A stretch of 64,000 bases of DNA from Takakia lepidozioides. Lineage: Eukaryota > Plantae > Bryophyta. Location of the stretch: contig CM060732.1 of NCBI GenBank assembly GCA_030704615.1, positions 24,800,001 through 24,864,000 on the forward strand, given 5' to 3'. This document shows, piece after piece, positions 27,174-39,567 of this stretch. The notes beneath the pieces are model-generated. The model made no database searches, was not told where the DNA came from, and saw only the letters and a list, made by a program, of their open reading frames with translations. The first letter of the stretch is position 1. Every line of letters begins with the position of its first letter. Made by a program: the position numbers and the translations under genes.

Positions 27174-27989
27174 CTCCGTGATGAAAACTCACAACCCAAC
27201 CGGTTGTCAACCTGTCTCTAATCCCCACTTTCTACAAGGTAACCGGGTAAAGAACCTGTTGCGGCTACTGGTTCAAGCAGGAATAATAGGTTTCTAACGT
27301 AGACCTGTATCTGCACCTACATCCACCGCAAGCACTCCTATGGTCTGCTGGTCATCAACCCAGCCTCACCATAGAAGAAACACTGGTGGTCTTGCTGGTC
27401 ATCACTCCAACCTCACCACCGACAGCATACTCTAGGATTGGCCGGTGATCAAATCCGGACCAACCTCCTATGAAAACAAGCGCCCACACAAAGCTAACAT
27501 GGCGCACAGTCAAGCATGCAGGTGTGGAGGGGATCCAAACACAAGAAAATCAAGACAGCAACACCCCCACACCAAAAACACTCCACAGTGTCGCTCCTGC
27601 AAGGACACCCCAGCCCAAACCCGGACTGACTCTTGCCTCCACCTACGGAAAGGTTTTGGCCTGTAGAGAGGGTGAAAGACTATGGACAAGAGAAACTAAA
27701 GCAATTCCTAACCCCATAATGCTCTCATCCCACCACTCTCCCTCCTGTCTCTATCCACTCGCTTGTATGGTCGTGGCAAGTATCCTTCAATATGCCTCAA
27801 TCAATCCTTCAAGAGCTCTTCAACATTGTCCACCAAAACTCTTCAAAGGGTCCTCCAAGGACCCCAAAGATCCTCCAAACACTCCTCCAAGGACCCCAAA
27901 GATCCTCCAAATACTCCTCCAAGGGCCCTCAAATATCTTCCAAACAATCCTCCAAAGGCCCTTAAATTTCACTAAGTCCTTTCACTGTT

Positions 27990-28385
27990 GATACCTTAAC
28001 AGAGGTATAGTCTGAGGTTGCTAGGGTCCCTTATGTTGATGATACCTTTTTAGAGGTATAGTCTGAAAATGAGGGTTCTGTTTGGTATACTAGCAGAGGT
28101 ATAGTCTGAGCTGATTAGGGTCCACATATGGTGATACCTCAACAGAGGTATAGTAAAAGGGACAAGCTCCTGTTTGGTATACTAACAGAGGTATAGTCTG
28201 AGCTGATTAGGGTTCACATATGATGATACCTCAATAGAGGTATAGTAAAATGGACAAGCTCCTGTTTGGTATACTAACAGAGGTATAGTCTCACATTAGG
28301 GTTCACATATGGTGATACCTCAACAGAGATATAGTCAAAGGGACAAGCTCCTGTTTGGTATACTAATAGAGGTATAGTCTGAGCA
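27990..28385. repeat. Tandem array in the copy-1 leader: 9 copies of AGAGGTATAGT at ~43-51 bp spacing (~91-bp dimer)
   Basis: Motif at about 28001, 28052, 28096, 28144, 28188, 28236, 28279, 28325 (1 mismatch) and 28368. It is preceded by ctccaaggaccccaaagatc repeats at 27840-27960. Confidence 0.85.
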
Positions 28386-30113
28386 TACACTACTAGGGTT
28401 TGTAATGAAGAGCTAGAATGCAAGTCCTTGACTTCTATGCTTCTACTCAAGCAAAAATATGGTCTCTAGGTGGTCATAAGAGGCATCTTCTTGCTCTCTT
28501 CCACCCCAATGTGCAACCAAGAGTGGTCCAACTCAACTTGCAAGTCATTGTCCACCAAATCAATCCCCCTTCTAGTCCTTGGGATTTGATTGCAAACTAC
28601 CATATCTCCATTGCCGAGCAATCATGCATTTGTCTCCTCATCACTTGACAATTGCTCCAAATCAACACAAATTATCTCAATGTGTAGGAGCAATGCTTGT
28701 CACTTACAATAATGCTTCCAAGCAATCCGCCTTGGATCCCACTCTCACGCCATATGCCTCATTTGGGGTCTTGCACCAATCCATCATCCATGTGCTCCCC
28801 GTGGTCATTTGAATGCATGTTTCATGACCTTTTGGCCTATGTGTTGCTCTCCTTCATCATAACATGAATCAACACCTCTCCACTTCACACACAAATGGAT
28901 CTCAAAGGCCTTCACCTCTTGCTAGTTCAAGAGCTCCCCTTCTCAAACTTGAACTTACAAACTCAAGCGAGCATGCTCCACACATGCACCACTTGCTTGG
29001 TCAACTATCCACCACAAAGCTCGCACTACCAAGAGCATGAATAGCCAAGTATTGTCTCCCCCTCTTGTCACATTACATAGTTAGGGTGAAGCTATGCATA
29101 CATTGAATGATGATTTCCCTTCAAGGATTTCCCACCACATGTTCTCCAAGCCCTTCCAATGACACCCTAAGTTTGGCTCCACACCACCATGATTGGAAGA
29201 TTTCTTCACATGCTCCCTTTCAAAACCTCTTGAGCTTCTTAGTGCTCTCCAAGTGCTTGCCCTTGTTGTCTTCAAGCCCAAGCATATATAGCTCCTTGGC
29301 TTCTCTTCCACAACATCCACACTTTGAACTTGCTTAACCCTAGCTTCATAGTGAAATGAGCACTAACAAGCCTTTAGTCACTCTCCACAAGCCATGGCGC
29401 ACACCATCGACTCCATAATGCATACAAAAGATTCTCAAACCCTAGAATCCATGCTTCCACACACACAAGACTTCCTCCTTACAATCCTTGCAAAATCTTG
29501 TGACTCAAGAGCTTTCTTCTCAAGCTCTTCAACTCCTTGGTGCATGCAATAATCGAGCACCTTTCCTTGCAACCCCTTGCAAGCCTTGTGATACAAGAGC
29601 TAAATTCTCCTAGCTCTCAACCTCTTTAAAATACAAGTGCAAAACTAATCCTTACACTCCGCACTCACAAGCATAAGGTGATCTTCTTGTAGTGATAAGA
29701 GATGAGAAATGAGAGAAGTAGAAGACAATGAAAGCTCTCAAAGCATGAAGCAATCACATGAAGAACAAGCCCTAGTCCTTCCAAGTGAAATTCACTCTAT
29801 CACATAAACTAAGTCAAGCCAAGGGCACCTTTGCTAAAGGAATCCACCCTACAAAGCCCTCAACACACTCCCTCTCAATACCTAGAGCTATGGAGGTGAG
29901 AGAAGCTCATGGAGGCTCAACTACAAGAAGATGAGCCTCCTCAACACTCACAAGGGGAAAACCTATCTCCATGTCTCAAGTGAGGCTCGACACCTCACTT
30001 GGCATGTGAGACCAAATGAAGTCCCAACACACAAAATATAAATATAAATATCTAAAATGTCCTAGTTAACTAGAAGTAGGTAATTCTAGATAACCATGAC
30101 TAAAACCATGACA

Positions 30114-30374
30114 GATTTAATTGAAAAATTGCATGAAGCCGTAGCAAGAGCGACAAACCCGGCTCTGGCAAATGTGGAAGAGAGTCAGCACTCGCCTAGA
30201 ACGTTACGCATGATGGCAAGGGTGGACTAAACAACACTGGGTCCTTCTTTGACCACTCGAGCCCAGGCTCGAGCTCTCCGTACTGGTGGAGGCACGTCCT
30301 CTACACCCGGAGCATCTTCATCAACATCTGAAGATGACGACAACGAAGTAATAAATCTAGATAAAGATGACTAG
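30114..30374 (+). pseudogene. 3' tail of an unidentified ORF interrupted by retrotransposon copy 1
   Basis: Frame from 30114 reads DLIEKLHEAVARATNPALANVEESQHSPRTLRMMARVD*TTLGPSLTTRAQARALRTGGGTSSTPGASSSTSEDDDNEVINLDKDD*. It looks coding, with one internal stop. Confidence 0.4.
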
Positions 30375-30469
30375 AAAGGCTAGAAACGTAGGGAGTAGGC
30401 CAAAGGTCTCAGGTTGCGAAAACTTAAATGTGCAACCCACTGTATAGTCTACGTAATTTTTGGAAATAC

Positions 30470-30840
30470 GAGGTTCATCCTTTGAACCATTTTTGAATTA
30501 CCTCATACTTGTTTGACGACATGTACAATATACTGGCAAAGTTTCAAAACAATCAAAATTTGTTGAATGAAGATATCATTGGTTCACCCATTGCAATATT
30601 TCAAATTGAACTCATACTTGTCCGGTACCTTTAAGAGGGCATGTACAATGCAATGGCAAAGTTTGAAAGCATTCAGAAATCGGCACATCAAGTAACCATT
30701 GGTTCCTCCTGTGAACCATTTTTTATTGATCTCATACTTGTCCGGTCCATGTAAGAGGCATGTAGAACATACTGGCAAAATTTCAAATCATTCAAATTTT
30801 TTTTTATCAATGAACCTTTGGTTTATCCTTTTCACCATTA
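30470..30840 (+). repeat. ~120-bp satellite monomers, forward orientation (left block)
   Basis: Repeating ttggttcacc...ctcatacttgtccggt...gggcatgtac...tggcaaagtttcaaa. Confidence 0.75.
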
Positions 30841-30885
30841 ACGATTAATCACAAATAAATGAACAGACGAATAAATCATTTGCCT

Positions 30886-33800
30886 CCAAATGATTTTGGT
30901 TCGCTTTGAGACTTGGCCAGTATATTCAATGTACCATGGAAGAGGCCCCAGAATAATATTAGATCAATCGAAATTTGTTCAATGGGCCGACAGATGGTTG
31001 CCCATCCAAATGATTTTCGTTCGCTTTGAGACTTGGCCAATGTGTTCAATGTACCCTCTGATAGGTCCTAGTGTAATATGAGATCAATCGAAATTTGTTC
31101 GATGGGCCAATGAGGCGTTCAGTTGTCATCTGGTTTTTGTTCATTGCGAAAAAAAAATCTTGCAATGCGTGCACGGCTATTGCACTCATTGAACAGATGT
31201 GGTTGAAGCCCCTCTTTTGCCCGCATGTGCTTGAACATGTGTGCAACACGTGTGTGGAGACACAACAGACGAATAAATCATTTGCCTCCCCATCGACACC
31301 AAGCCATTCCATAATGTAATTGAATTTAAATTAATTTTAAGCCAATAAATAGGTTTGCACTGCATTTCATTGGGGGTTTCTAGCATGTATCGATTTTGTT
31401 TTTGGCTCAATTTTGTTTTGCAGCTTCAAGCATCCCACTGCTACTCCCCCGCCAAAATTTGGACCAATAAAAAATGCCCCAAAAAACAAATGTTCTCCTC
31501 GCTCATTATTGCAGAACTCTCTATGAAGAGTGCATGAAGTAGAGCACAAATCAAGTTTGGAGTGCAAAATGGGCAAGAAACTGTGGTTTTGGGTCCAAAT
31601 GAATTTTGATCGCTCCCAAATTTGGCACGCACATTGCATATGGAGTCATTACATGCCCCATTCAAAAACGGAATGAAAATATATATATAAGCACGCGAAA
31701 ACGCAGTCCAACAGGTTCCAAAGTAATGGCAGATCCAACATAATACATTCAATGGGTGAACGGATGGTTGCCCATCCAAACCATTTTTGTTTGCTTCCAA
31801 ATTTTGCCAGTACATTCGAGACACCCTCTCATAGGTCCCGGACTAATATCAGATCAATCAAAATTCATTCAATGGCTCAACGGATGGTTGGCCATCGAAA
31901 TGATTTTGGTTCGCTTTGAGACTTGGCCAGTATGTTCAATGTACCATGGAAGAGGCCCCAGAGTAATATGAGATCAACCGAAATTCGTTCAATGGGCCGA
32001 CGGATGGTTGCCCATCCAAATGATTTTCGTTCGCTTTGAGACTTGGCCAGTGTGTTCAATGTATCCTCTGATAGGTCCCAGTGTAATATGAGATCAATCG
32101 AAATTTGTTTGATGGGCCAATGAGGCGTTCAGTTATCATCTGGTTTTGTTCATTGCGAAAAAGAAATCCTGCAATGCGTGCACAGCTATTGCACCCATTG
32201 AACGGATGTGGTTGAAGCCCCTCTTTTGCCCACATGTGCTTGAACATGTGTGCAACACGTGTGTGGAGACACAACAGACGAATAAATCATTTGCCTCCCC
32301 ATCGACACCAAGCCATTCCATAATGTAATTGAATTTAAATTAATTTTAAGCCAATAAATAGGTTTGCACTGCATTTCATTGGGGGTTTCTAGCATGTATC
32401 GATTTTGTTTTTGGCTCAATTTTGTTTTGCAGCTTCAAGCATCCCATTGCTACTCCCCCGCCAAAATTTGGACCAATGAAAAATGCCCCAAAAAACAAAT
32501 GTTATCTTCGCTCACTATTGCAGAACTCTCTATGAAGAGTGCATGAAGTAGAGCACAAATCAAGTTTGGAGTGCAAAACGGGCAAGAAACTGTGGTTTTG
32601 GGTCCAAATGAATTTTGATCGCTCCCAAATTTGGCACGCATGTTGCATATGGAGTCATTACATGCCCCATTCAAAAACGGAATGAAAAAAAATATATAAG
32701 CATGCGAAAACGCAGTCCAACAGGTCCCAAAGTAATGGCAGATCCAACATAATACATTCAATGAGTGAACGGATGGTTGCCCATCCAAATCATTTTTGTT
32801 TGCTTCCAAACTTTGCCAGTACATTCGAGACACCCTCTCATAGGTCTCGGACTAATATCAGATCAATCGAAATTCATTCGATGGCTCAACGGATGGTTGG
32901 CCGTCGAAATTATTTTGGTTCACTTTGAGACTTGGCCAGTCTGTTTAATGTACCATGGAAGAGGCCCAAGAGTAATATGAGATCAACCGAAATTCGTTCA
33001 ATGGGCCGACGGATGGTTGCCCATCCAAATGATTTTCGTTCGCTTTGAGACTTGGCCAATGTGTTCAATGTACCCTCTGATAGGTCCTAGTGTAATATGA
33101 GATCAATCGAAATTCGTTCGATGGGCTAATGAGGCGTTCAGTTGTCATCTGGTTTTGTTCATTGCGAAAAAGAAATCCTATAATGCGTGCACGGCTATTG
33201 CACCCATTGAACGGATGTGGTTGAAGCCCCTCTTTTGCCCGCATGTGCTCGAATATGTGTGCGACACATGTGCGGAGACACAACAGACGAATAAATCATT
33301 TGCCTCCCCATCAACACCAAGCCATTCCATAATGTAATTGAATTTAAATTAATTTTAAGCCAATAAATAGGTTTGCACTGCATTTCATTGGGGGTTTTTG
33401 GCACGTATCGATTTTGTTTTTGGCTCAATTTTGTTTTGCGGCTTCAAGCATCCCATTGCTACTCCCCCGCCAAAATTTGGACCAATAAAAAATGCCCCAA
33501 AAAACAAATGTTATCTTCGCTCACTATTGCAGAACTCTCTATGAAGAGTGCATGAAATAGAGCACAAATCAAGTTTGGAGTGCAAAACGGGCAAGAAACT
33601 GTGGTTTTGGGTCTAAATTAATTTTGATCGCTCCCAAATTTGGCACGCACATTGCATATGTAGTCATTACACGCCCCATTAAAAAACAGAATGAAAAAAA
33701 AAACATGAGCACGCGAAACAGAGTCCAACAGGTCCCAAAGTAATAGCAGATCCAACATAATACATTCAATGGGTGAACGGATGGTTGCCCATCCAAATCA

Positions 33801-34117
33801 TTTTTTTTTAATTCCAAACTTTGCCAGTACGTTTGAGACACCCTCTCACAAGTTCCGGACTAATATAAGATCAATCGAAAATCATTCAATGGCTCAACGG
33901 ATGGTTGGCCATCGAAATGATTTTGGTTCACTTTGAGACTTGGCTAGTATGTTCAATGTACCATGGAAGAGGCCTGAGAGTAATATGAGATCAACCGAAA
34001 TTCGTTCAATGGGCCGACGGATGGTTGCCCATCCAAATGATTTTCGTTCGCTTTGAAACTTGGCCAGTGTGTTCAATGTATCCTCTGATAGGTCCCAGTG
34101 TAATATGAGATCAATCG
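30886..34117. repeat. Higher-order tandem repeat, ~3.2 units of 1009 bp, each with about four ~120-bp monomers in reverse orientation
   Basis: Near-identical ORF-track hits recur with a 1009-bp period (31355/32364/33373; 32146/33155; 31756/32765). The internal monomer is ggatggttgcccatccaaatgattttcgttcgctttgagacttggcca. Confidence 0.93.
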
Positions 34118-34289
34118 TTAACGATTAATCATGAATCATCCAACAGGGGAACTGTTGGTTCACCCTTTGATCCATTTAACATTGACATCATACTTGTCCA
34201 GTAATTTTAAGAGGGCATGTACAAGACACTCGCAAAGTTTCAAATGAATCCAAAATCATTTGGCAGGGGAATGATTGGTTCACCCATAG

Positions 34290-34650
34290 CCAATTTCAGG
34301 GGCTGAAATTGCCATTTATGGGGCTCGAATTGCGAATTTCAGGGGCTGCAATTGCAATTTGAGGGGCTGAAATTGCCATTCCAGGGGCTTCAATTGCCAA
34401 TTTCAGGGACTGCACTAGCAATTGCCATTTCACAAGCTACAGTTGCAATTTGAGAGGCGGGAATTGCCATTTCAGGGGGTAAAAGTGCAATTTGAGGGGT
34501 TGGAATTGACAATTTCAAGGGCTCAAATTACAATTTGAGGGGCGGCCGGGGTTGGTCATTTTAAGGACTGGCATTACCAATTTTAAGGGCTTGAATTGCA
34601 TTTTGAATTGTAATTCAAGGGTTACAATGGGCCATTGGGGGGCTAGAATT
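34290..34650. repeat. ~21-22-bp minisatellite (consensus about aattgccaatttcaggggctg)
   Basis: Roughly 15 degenerate copies of aattgc/caattt/aggggct. Confidence 0.8.
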
Positions 34651-34750
34651 ACCAAAGCAATGACATCCAAAACAATATAAAATCATTTGATAGCGGAATG
34701 ATTGGTTCACCCTTTCAACCATTTTTTATTCACGTCATACTTGTCCGGTA

Positions 34751-35097
34751 TGTCATGGTTTTATTTGTGATTAGTTAGAAATAGTTATTTCTAACTAATT
34801 AGGACATTATACATTTATATTTGTATTTTGTTGGCATTGGGACTTCATTTGGTTCCATGTGCCAAGCGAGGTGGCAAACCTTACTTGGGACGTGAGGAGG
34901 TATCTCCACGTGAGACGTAGGCAGACTCGTCTTCTTCTAGTCGAGCCTCCCGAGGCCTCTCTCGCGGCCATAGCTCTAGTTCTTGAGATGGAGAGTGGGT
35001 GAGGTCTGTATGGTGGAGACCTTCAGCAAAGGTGTCATTGGCTTGACTTATATAACGTGATAGAGTGGTTTCTCCTCTTTTCACCATTTCCGTATCA
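34751..35097 (+). repeat. 5' terminal repeat, LTR part A (A1)
   Basis: Roughly 95% identical (hand count) to 44323-44670. Ends ...CGTATCA and is followed by the self-priming site. Confidence 0.9.
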
Positions 35098-35109
35098 CTA
35101 GAAGAAGAC
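35097..35109 (+). promoter_or_regulatory. Putative self-priming primer-binding site
   Basis: ACTAGAAGAAGAC is the exact reverse complement of GTCTTCTTCTAGT at 34929-34941. There is no TGG-type tRNA PBS. The pairing is conserved with compensatory changes in copy 1 (29681-29693 and 29920-29932). Confidence 0.7.
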
Positions 35110-35842
35110 CTGCTTACATCAATGAGTGCAAGGTGTTAGCATAGTTAGTACTTATGTGTGGAAGAGAGCTTGATAGATAGCTCTTAAGTTACAAGGTGTT
35201 GCAGGGTTTGCAAGAAGAAAGCCTTGTGGTGTTTATGTACAAGAGGAGGTCTTCAAGAAAAGCCCCAATGGAAATTTTGAGAGCTTGTGAAGAAGCTCTT
35301 GTTCTGTAAGTGTTGCAGGGTTTGAGGAGTTCAAGAAGTGCTCGGGTGTTAAGGAAGCAAGCGGTGCATGTGTGGAGCATGGTTTCAGCTTGTGGGAGTC
35401 TTCAACTTCAAGCTTAGGAGAACTATGAGTGGAGGTAGACATTTGATTTCTATTTGGGGCAGAATAGTGTATTTGTAGAGCATGCTTTGAGTTGGAGTTT
35501 CAATCCCAAGCTTGGGAAGAGCATGTCTATGGAAGTGGCAAGTGCAGGGCTGGATTAGGAGCTCTAAGAGGTGCACTATGGCCATAGAAGGAAGCACTAT
35601 GAGTGCATACGATGGCTAGAAGAGGGTATGCCATAGAAGCTCAATAGCTTGTTCTATGCTTGTTTCAATAAGTTCCATAGAGAAAGAGAGCTTGTTGTGT
35701 GGTAAATAGCTTGCTCAGGGAGTTAGAGGCACTCTTGGTGGTCTATTGATGCTCAAAAAACCAAGAACAGCACCTCTGGTTGCTCCATAGAAGCCATAGC
35801 TCATTGCAGTAATAGCAGGGGCAAAGCGGCGCAAACCCTAGC

Positions 35843-36212
35843 TTGGGAACGCGTGTGAACTCCATGGGAACTCAAGGAAACGCGTGTGAACTCATTGGGA
35901 ACTCAAAGGAACGCGTGAGAACGCTTGGGTACTCGTGGGAACTCGTGGGAACACATAGGAACGCGTGGGAACATTGCCCCAGAGTTGGGAGCACCACCAT
36001 TGTCCAATCGGATGAATTATTGAGCCAGTGGATGAAAATTGGCGCTATTGGATGAGAATCGGTTGCAGTGGATGAAACTGCGCCAGAGGATGAAATCTCG
36101 TCAGCGGATGAACTATCACGCTATTGAATGAAAAATTGTGGCGATGGATGAAACTGCGCCAGCGGATGAAATCTTGTCAGCGGATGAGCTATCGCACTAT
36201 CGGATGAAAAAT
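35843..36212. repeat. Short tandem repeats in the copy-2 leader (gggaac/gaacgcgtg and ggatgaa families)
   Basis: gggaacgcgtgtgaactc-type units at 35843-35975. ggatgaaactgcgccag / cagcggatga units at 36005-36212. Confidence 0.75.
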
Positions 36213-39200
36213 CGTGGCGGGATAGAGACTTGGCCATCTTGTAGGTTTATTGAAGCCGCAAGGAGATGGATGGATTTAAGCTGTGGGAGGTGTTGTTGTT
36301 TGAGTTTCTTGTGTTTGGATCCTCCTCCCACACATGCATGCTTGACTGTGCGCCATGCTAGTTTGATTTGGGCACTTGCTTTTATAGGTGGTTGTGCCGG
36401 AAATATTGTGGCCGGCCAATCCTAGAGCGTGCTGTCGGTGGTGAGGCTGGGGTGATGACCAACAGACCATCATTTTTTCTCTTATGGTGAGGCTGGATTG
36501 ATGACCAGCAGACCATAGGAGTGCCTGCGGTGGATGCAGGTGCAGGTGAAGGTTCAGAATATGAACCTAGTATTCCAAACCATAAACCACAACAGATTTT
36601 CTACCCGATTACCTTGTGGAAAGGAGGATTAGAGACGCGTTGATAGCCGGTTTGAGTGTGAGTTTTCATCACGGAGGTGCCACCAGTTACTAAGGAGAGT
36701 GCCGGTACGAGCACATATTAGTGGGTATACAAGACGAGGTGTGCGGTTTAGGCCACCTTCACCTTCAGTGTCTTCTGAGGAAGGTTCAGACTCAGAGTTA
36801 GGAGGATTCTCGCCGAGGGTGCAAGCCATTTTGGATACGATGGAGTAAATGTATGGAGCTACCAAGGGGCCACGTCAGTACTCGGGAGCTGTGGGCACCA
36901 TCGAGCTTGATGATTTCATACATGAGTTTGATAGTTGGTGTTATTTGCAGCAGATGCGCAATCCACAACTGTTTACGCCTTTTATGGCGTAGAAGGGGCT
37001 GTTTCAACACCTTGAGGGGCCGCCTATGGATGATTACTATGAGTTTAGGCGGGGAAATGAGGTGGAGATTGAGGAGTGACGACAATATTGGTCACCTGAC
37101 TATGTCTCCATCACTAGAGGCACAATGGCAGCGGCGATACCAGCAGCTACACCAACATCCCCAACTGCAAGCACTAGTAGTGGGACAAGTAAAGATGGAG
37201 CTAGGAAATCCACTCAAGCTCCTGCTGCACCACCAGTACCCGTGCCTGCCTTTAACCCAGTTGTGGAGTTCTTCGAGGAGTTGAGGAGAAACTACCAGGG
37301 AATAAGGACGGAGAAATTGCGGAGCTTGCAAGAGTTCCAACGCAAGCCTACTGAGAGTTTGAGAGAGGCTTACACGCGCATGAGGCGATTGATAAATGTA
37401 ACCCAAGAGGTTACGGAAGCTCAAGTAGTCCAATTCTGGTATGGGATATTGGACAAGGAGCTAAGGAGAAGGGTGCGGGATGCAACTCTACTACAAGTAG
37501 ACCAACCCACCTTAACAAACGTGTTTTTGCTGGCAGAGCGGATAGAGCTCAATATGGTGGAGGAGCGAGTGGTCATGGTGGGGTTTGGTAAGGAGACACA
37601 ACGAAGTGGGACTCCTAGCCAACAACAACTACTACCCCCAACGTGCTCAAGGCAACAAGGGGGTTCAGACGAAGCCCAGGGAAGGACAAAGATGATCCCA
37701 ATTGCAGAGGTCACTTCCTTCATTCTCAGGCCAACAACAGTCGGGTGTGACATGTTGGGATTGTGGAGGACCCCATGTTAAGAGAGATTGCCCGGAGAGA
37801 GGCAAAGGGTCGGCACAGGCATAGCCTACACAACTACAGTGTGGGCATTGTGGCAAGTATGGGCATGAAGAGGCCCATTGTTATGACTTGCATCCTGAGC
37901 TACGGCCAGGCCAGTTCCAAGGGAACAATGGTGGCCGAGGACGAGGCAATGTAGTCCAGAGAGGTAGAGGAGGCAGAGGTCGCGGTGGAGGTCGTAACCA
38001 AAACCAAGGAGCACAAGGTCAAGGTCAAGGTCGTGACCAAGGCATGGTGGATAGGCTTGCCCAACTAGAGCAACGTCTTGCTGCCATGGCCACTACTAAT
38101 GTGGCGTCAGCTCCAAGGCCTGAGGTTCAAGCCCCACCTTCACAACCTCATATGCCTAGGGAAGACCAGATTGGTATGGGCTTCATGTGTGGAGCCGCAC
38201 TTGCTGGACCATTGCATGTGGACTCTGCAGCTGCTGTCACTCGAGCAGCAACGCATGCTCCTGAGCCAAGAGGAGCAGATGTGGATTTTGATCCACAAAG
38301 AGGAGAAGCAAGTCGACAGACAAGGCTTCCACATTCTTTCACATTGGCTGAGACAGTGCCAACTACGCCATCGATGGTAGCCGCTCATCCAAGTGTTGTA
38401 GAGCCACGAGTACCAGTGGGGAGAGTTGGTGTGGCTCGAAAAATGTCAGTGGGTGGTGCTGCAAAGCAGGGTGCAGCCAGTACATTGTTGGGGGCGGCTA
38501 CGATAATTTGCCAAGCTCCATTGTTTTCTGCGATGACCATTGCAATGTCGGGGATTCGGCCAGCTGCTGTGTTCAGACTAGCAGCTAGACTCTGTGAGAG
38601 TGGTGATGCATCGGCACTATCTGCGGGGATAGCGAATAATGTGCAGTGCATGGATGTCATGGACTCAAGGGTGAAGACAGCCACAGCTGCACCATGGCAA
38701 GCGGCAGCTGCAAGGTTGCAGGAGTTGTCAGCTAGACCAGCCATTGAGCGTAGTATGGTGACTCCTGGGGTAGTCCTGGTGGACAATCAGGATGGTGTGT
38801 TTCAGTTAGGTGGCCCAGCCGGGAAGAGGTATAGGCCACTGCAGGTCTTGTTGGACTCGGGAGCACAGCCATTGATGTTGGGAAGAGCAGCAATTGCAGG
38901 CTTGGGCCTTATAGAGGCGGATTTGGAGCCTTGTCCTTTCCAAATCCAAACATCTTTGGGCGGTTCAGAAAAAGCACGAGGGATTATACGCCATGAGCTC
39001 TTCATTCGATTGCAGCCGGACCATCCTACGGACGGCTCAGTCATGAGAGCTAAAGCCATTGTTACGGACACGATGTCTTATGATGTGCTTGTTGGTGGGG
39101 CGGTGTTATACCCCATGGGATTCACTCTGGACTTTTGGGAGGAAATGACATTTTACAGGCCGTAATGGCAGTCAGGAGATGACCGACGTGCACTGCTCCC

Positions 39201-39567
39201 AGTGCGGTTTATTAGGAATGTAGCGGTGGATCATAGGAACATGATGCCCACATTGGTTGCATTCTCAGGGGTGGTGGCTTGGGGTGGTGAGCTCTTGGAG
39301 GGCAATAGCCATGCAGATGATAGGCCATCACCTGATGATGACAAACAATTGGCATACAAGGCTGATTTGCTTCCTCATGTGCCTGTGCATATTCCACTGT
39401 GGGGTACGGTTGGGAATTTGCATCGAGTAGCAGGCGAGTGTGTGCACCAAGCATGGCGGGAGGCCTTTCCATTGGTGAGTGAGGGGAGTTCAGTGACATC
39501 ACCTGGACCTCCTGAGTTAGCTCCTTTGGACACAGTGCCCATTACCTGGCAACCACCTGACTCAGGG

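Larger units (their letters stand above)
23805..30113 (-). mobile_element. Ty3/Gypsy DNMT-PHD family copy 1 (5' half: LTR part A, leader, gag, protease, DNMT motifs I-VI; 3'-truncated)
   Basis: Begins TGTCATGGTTTT at 30113 on the minus strand, like the full copy. Gag 27173-25470 carries two CCHC knuckles. The protease motif is VLLDSGAQP. DNMT motifs are CLLDLFGGISTG, YVERDETAR, IDLVVAG*PCQGHS and YILENVP. Homology stops at ~23805. Confidence 0.92.

Noticed and set aside
27990-28385. CRISPR-like repeat-spacer pattern around AGAGGTATAGT
   Set aside because: The spacers are themselves repeated (alternating ~91-bp dimer), so this is a tandem repeat in a retrotransposon leader.
30886-34117. Repeated 60-127 aa ORFs as a tandem gene family
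   Set aside because: They are incidental frames in a 1009-bp satellite unit on both strands, with no recognisable domain.
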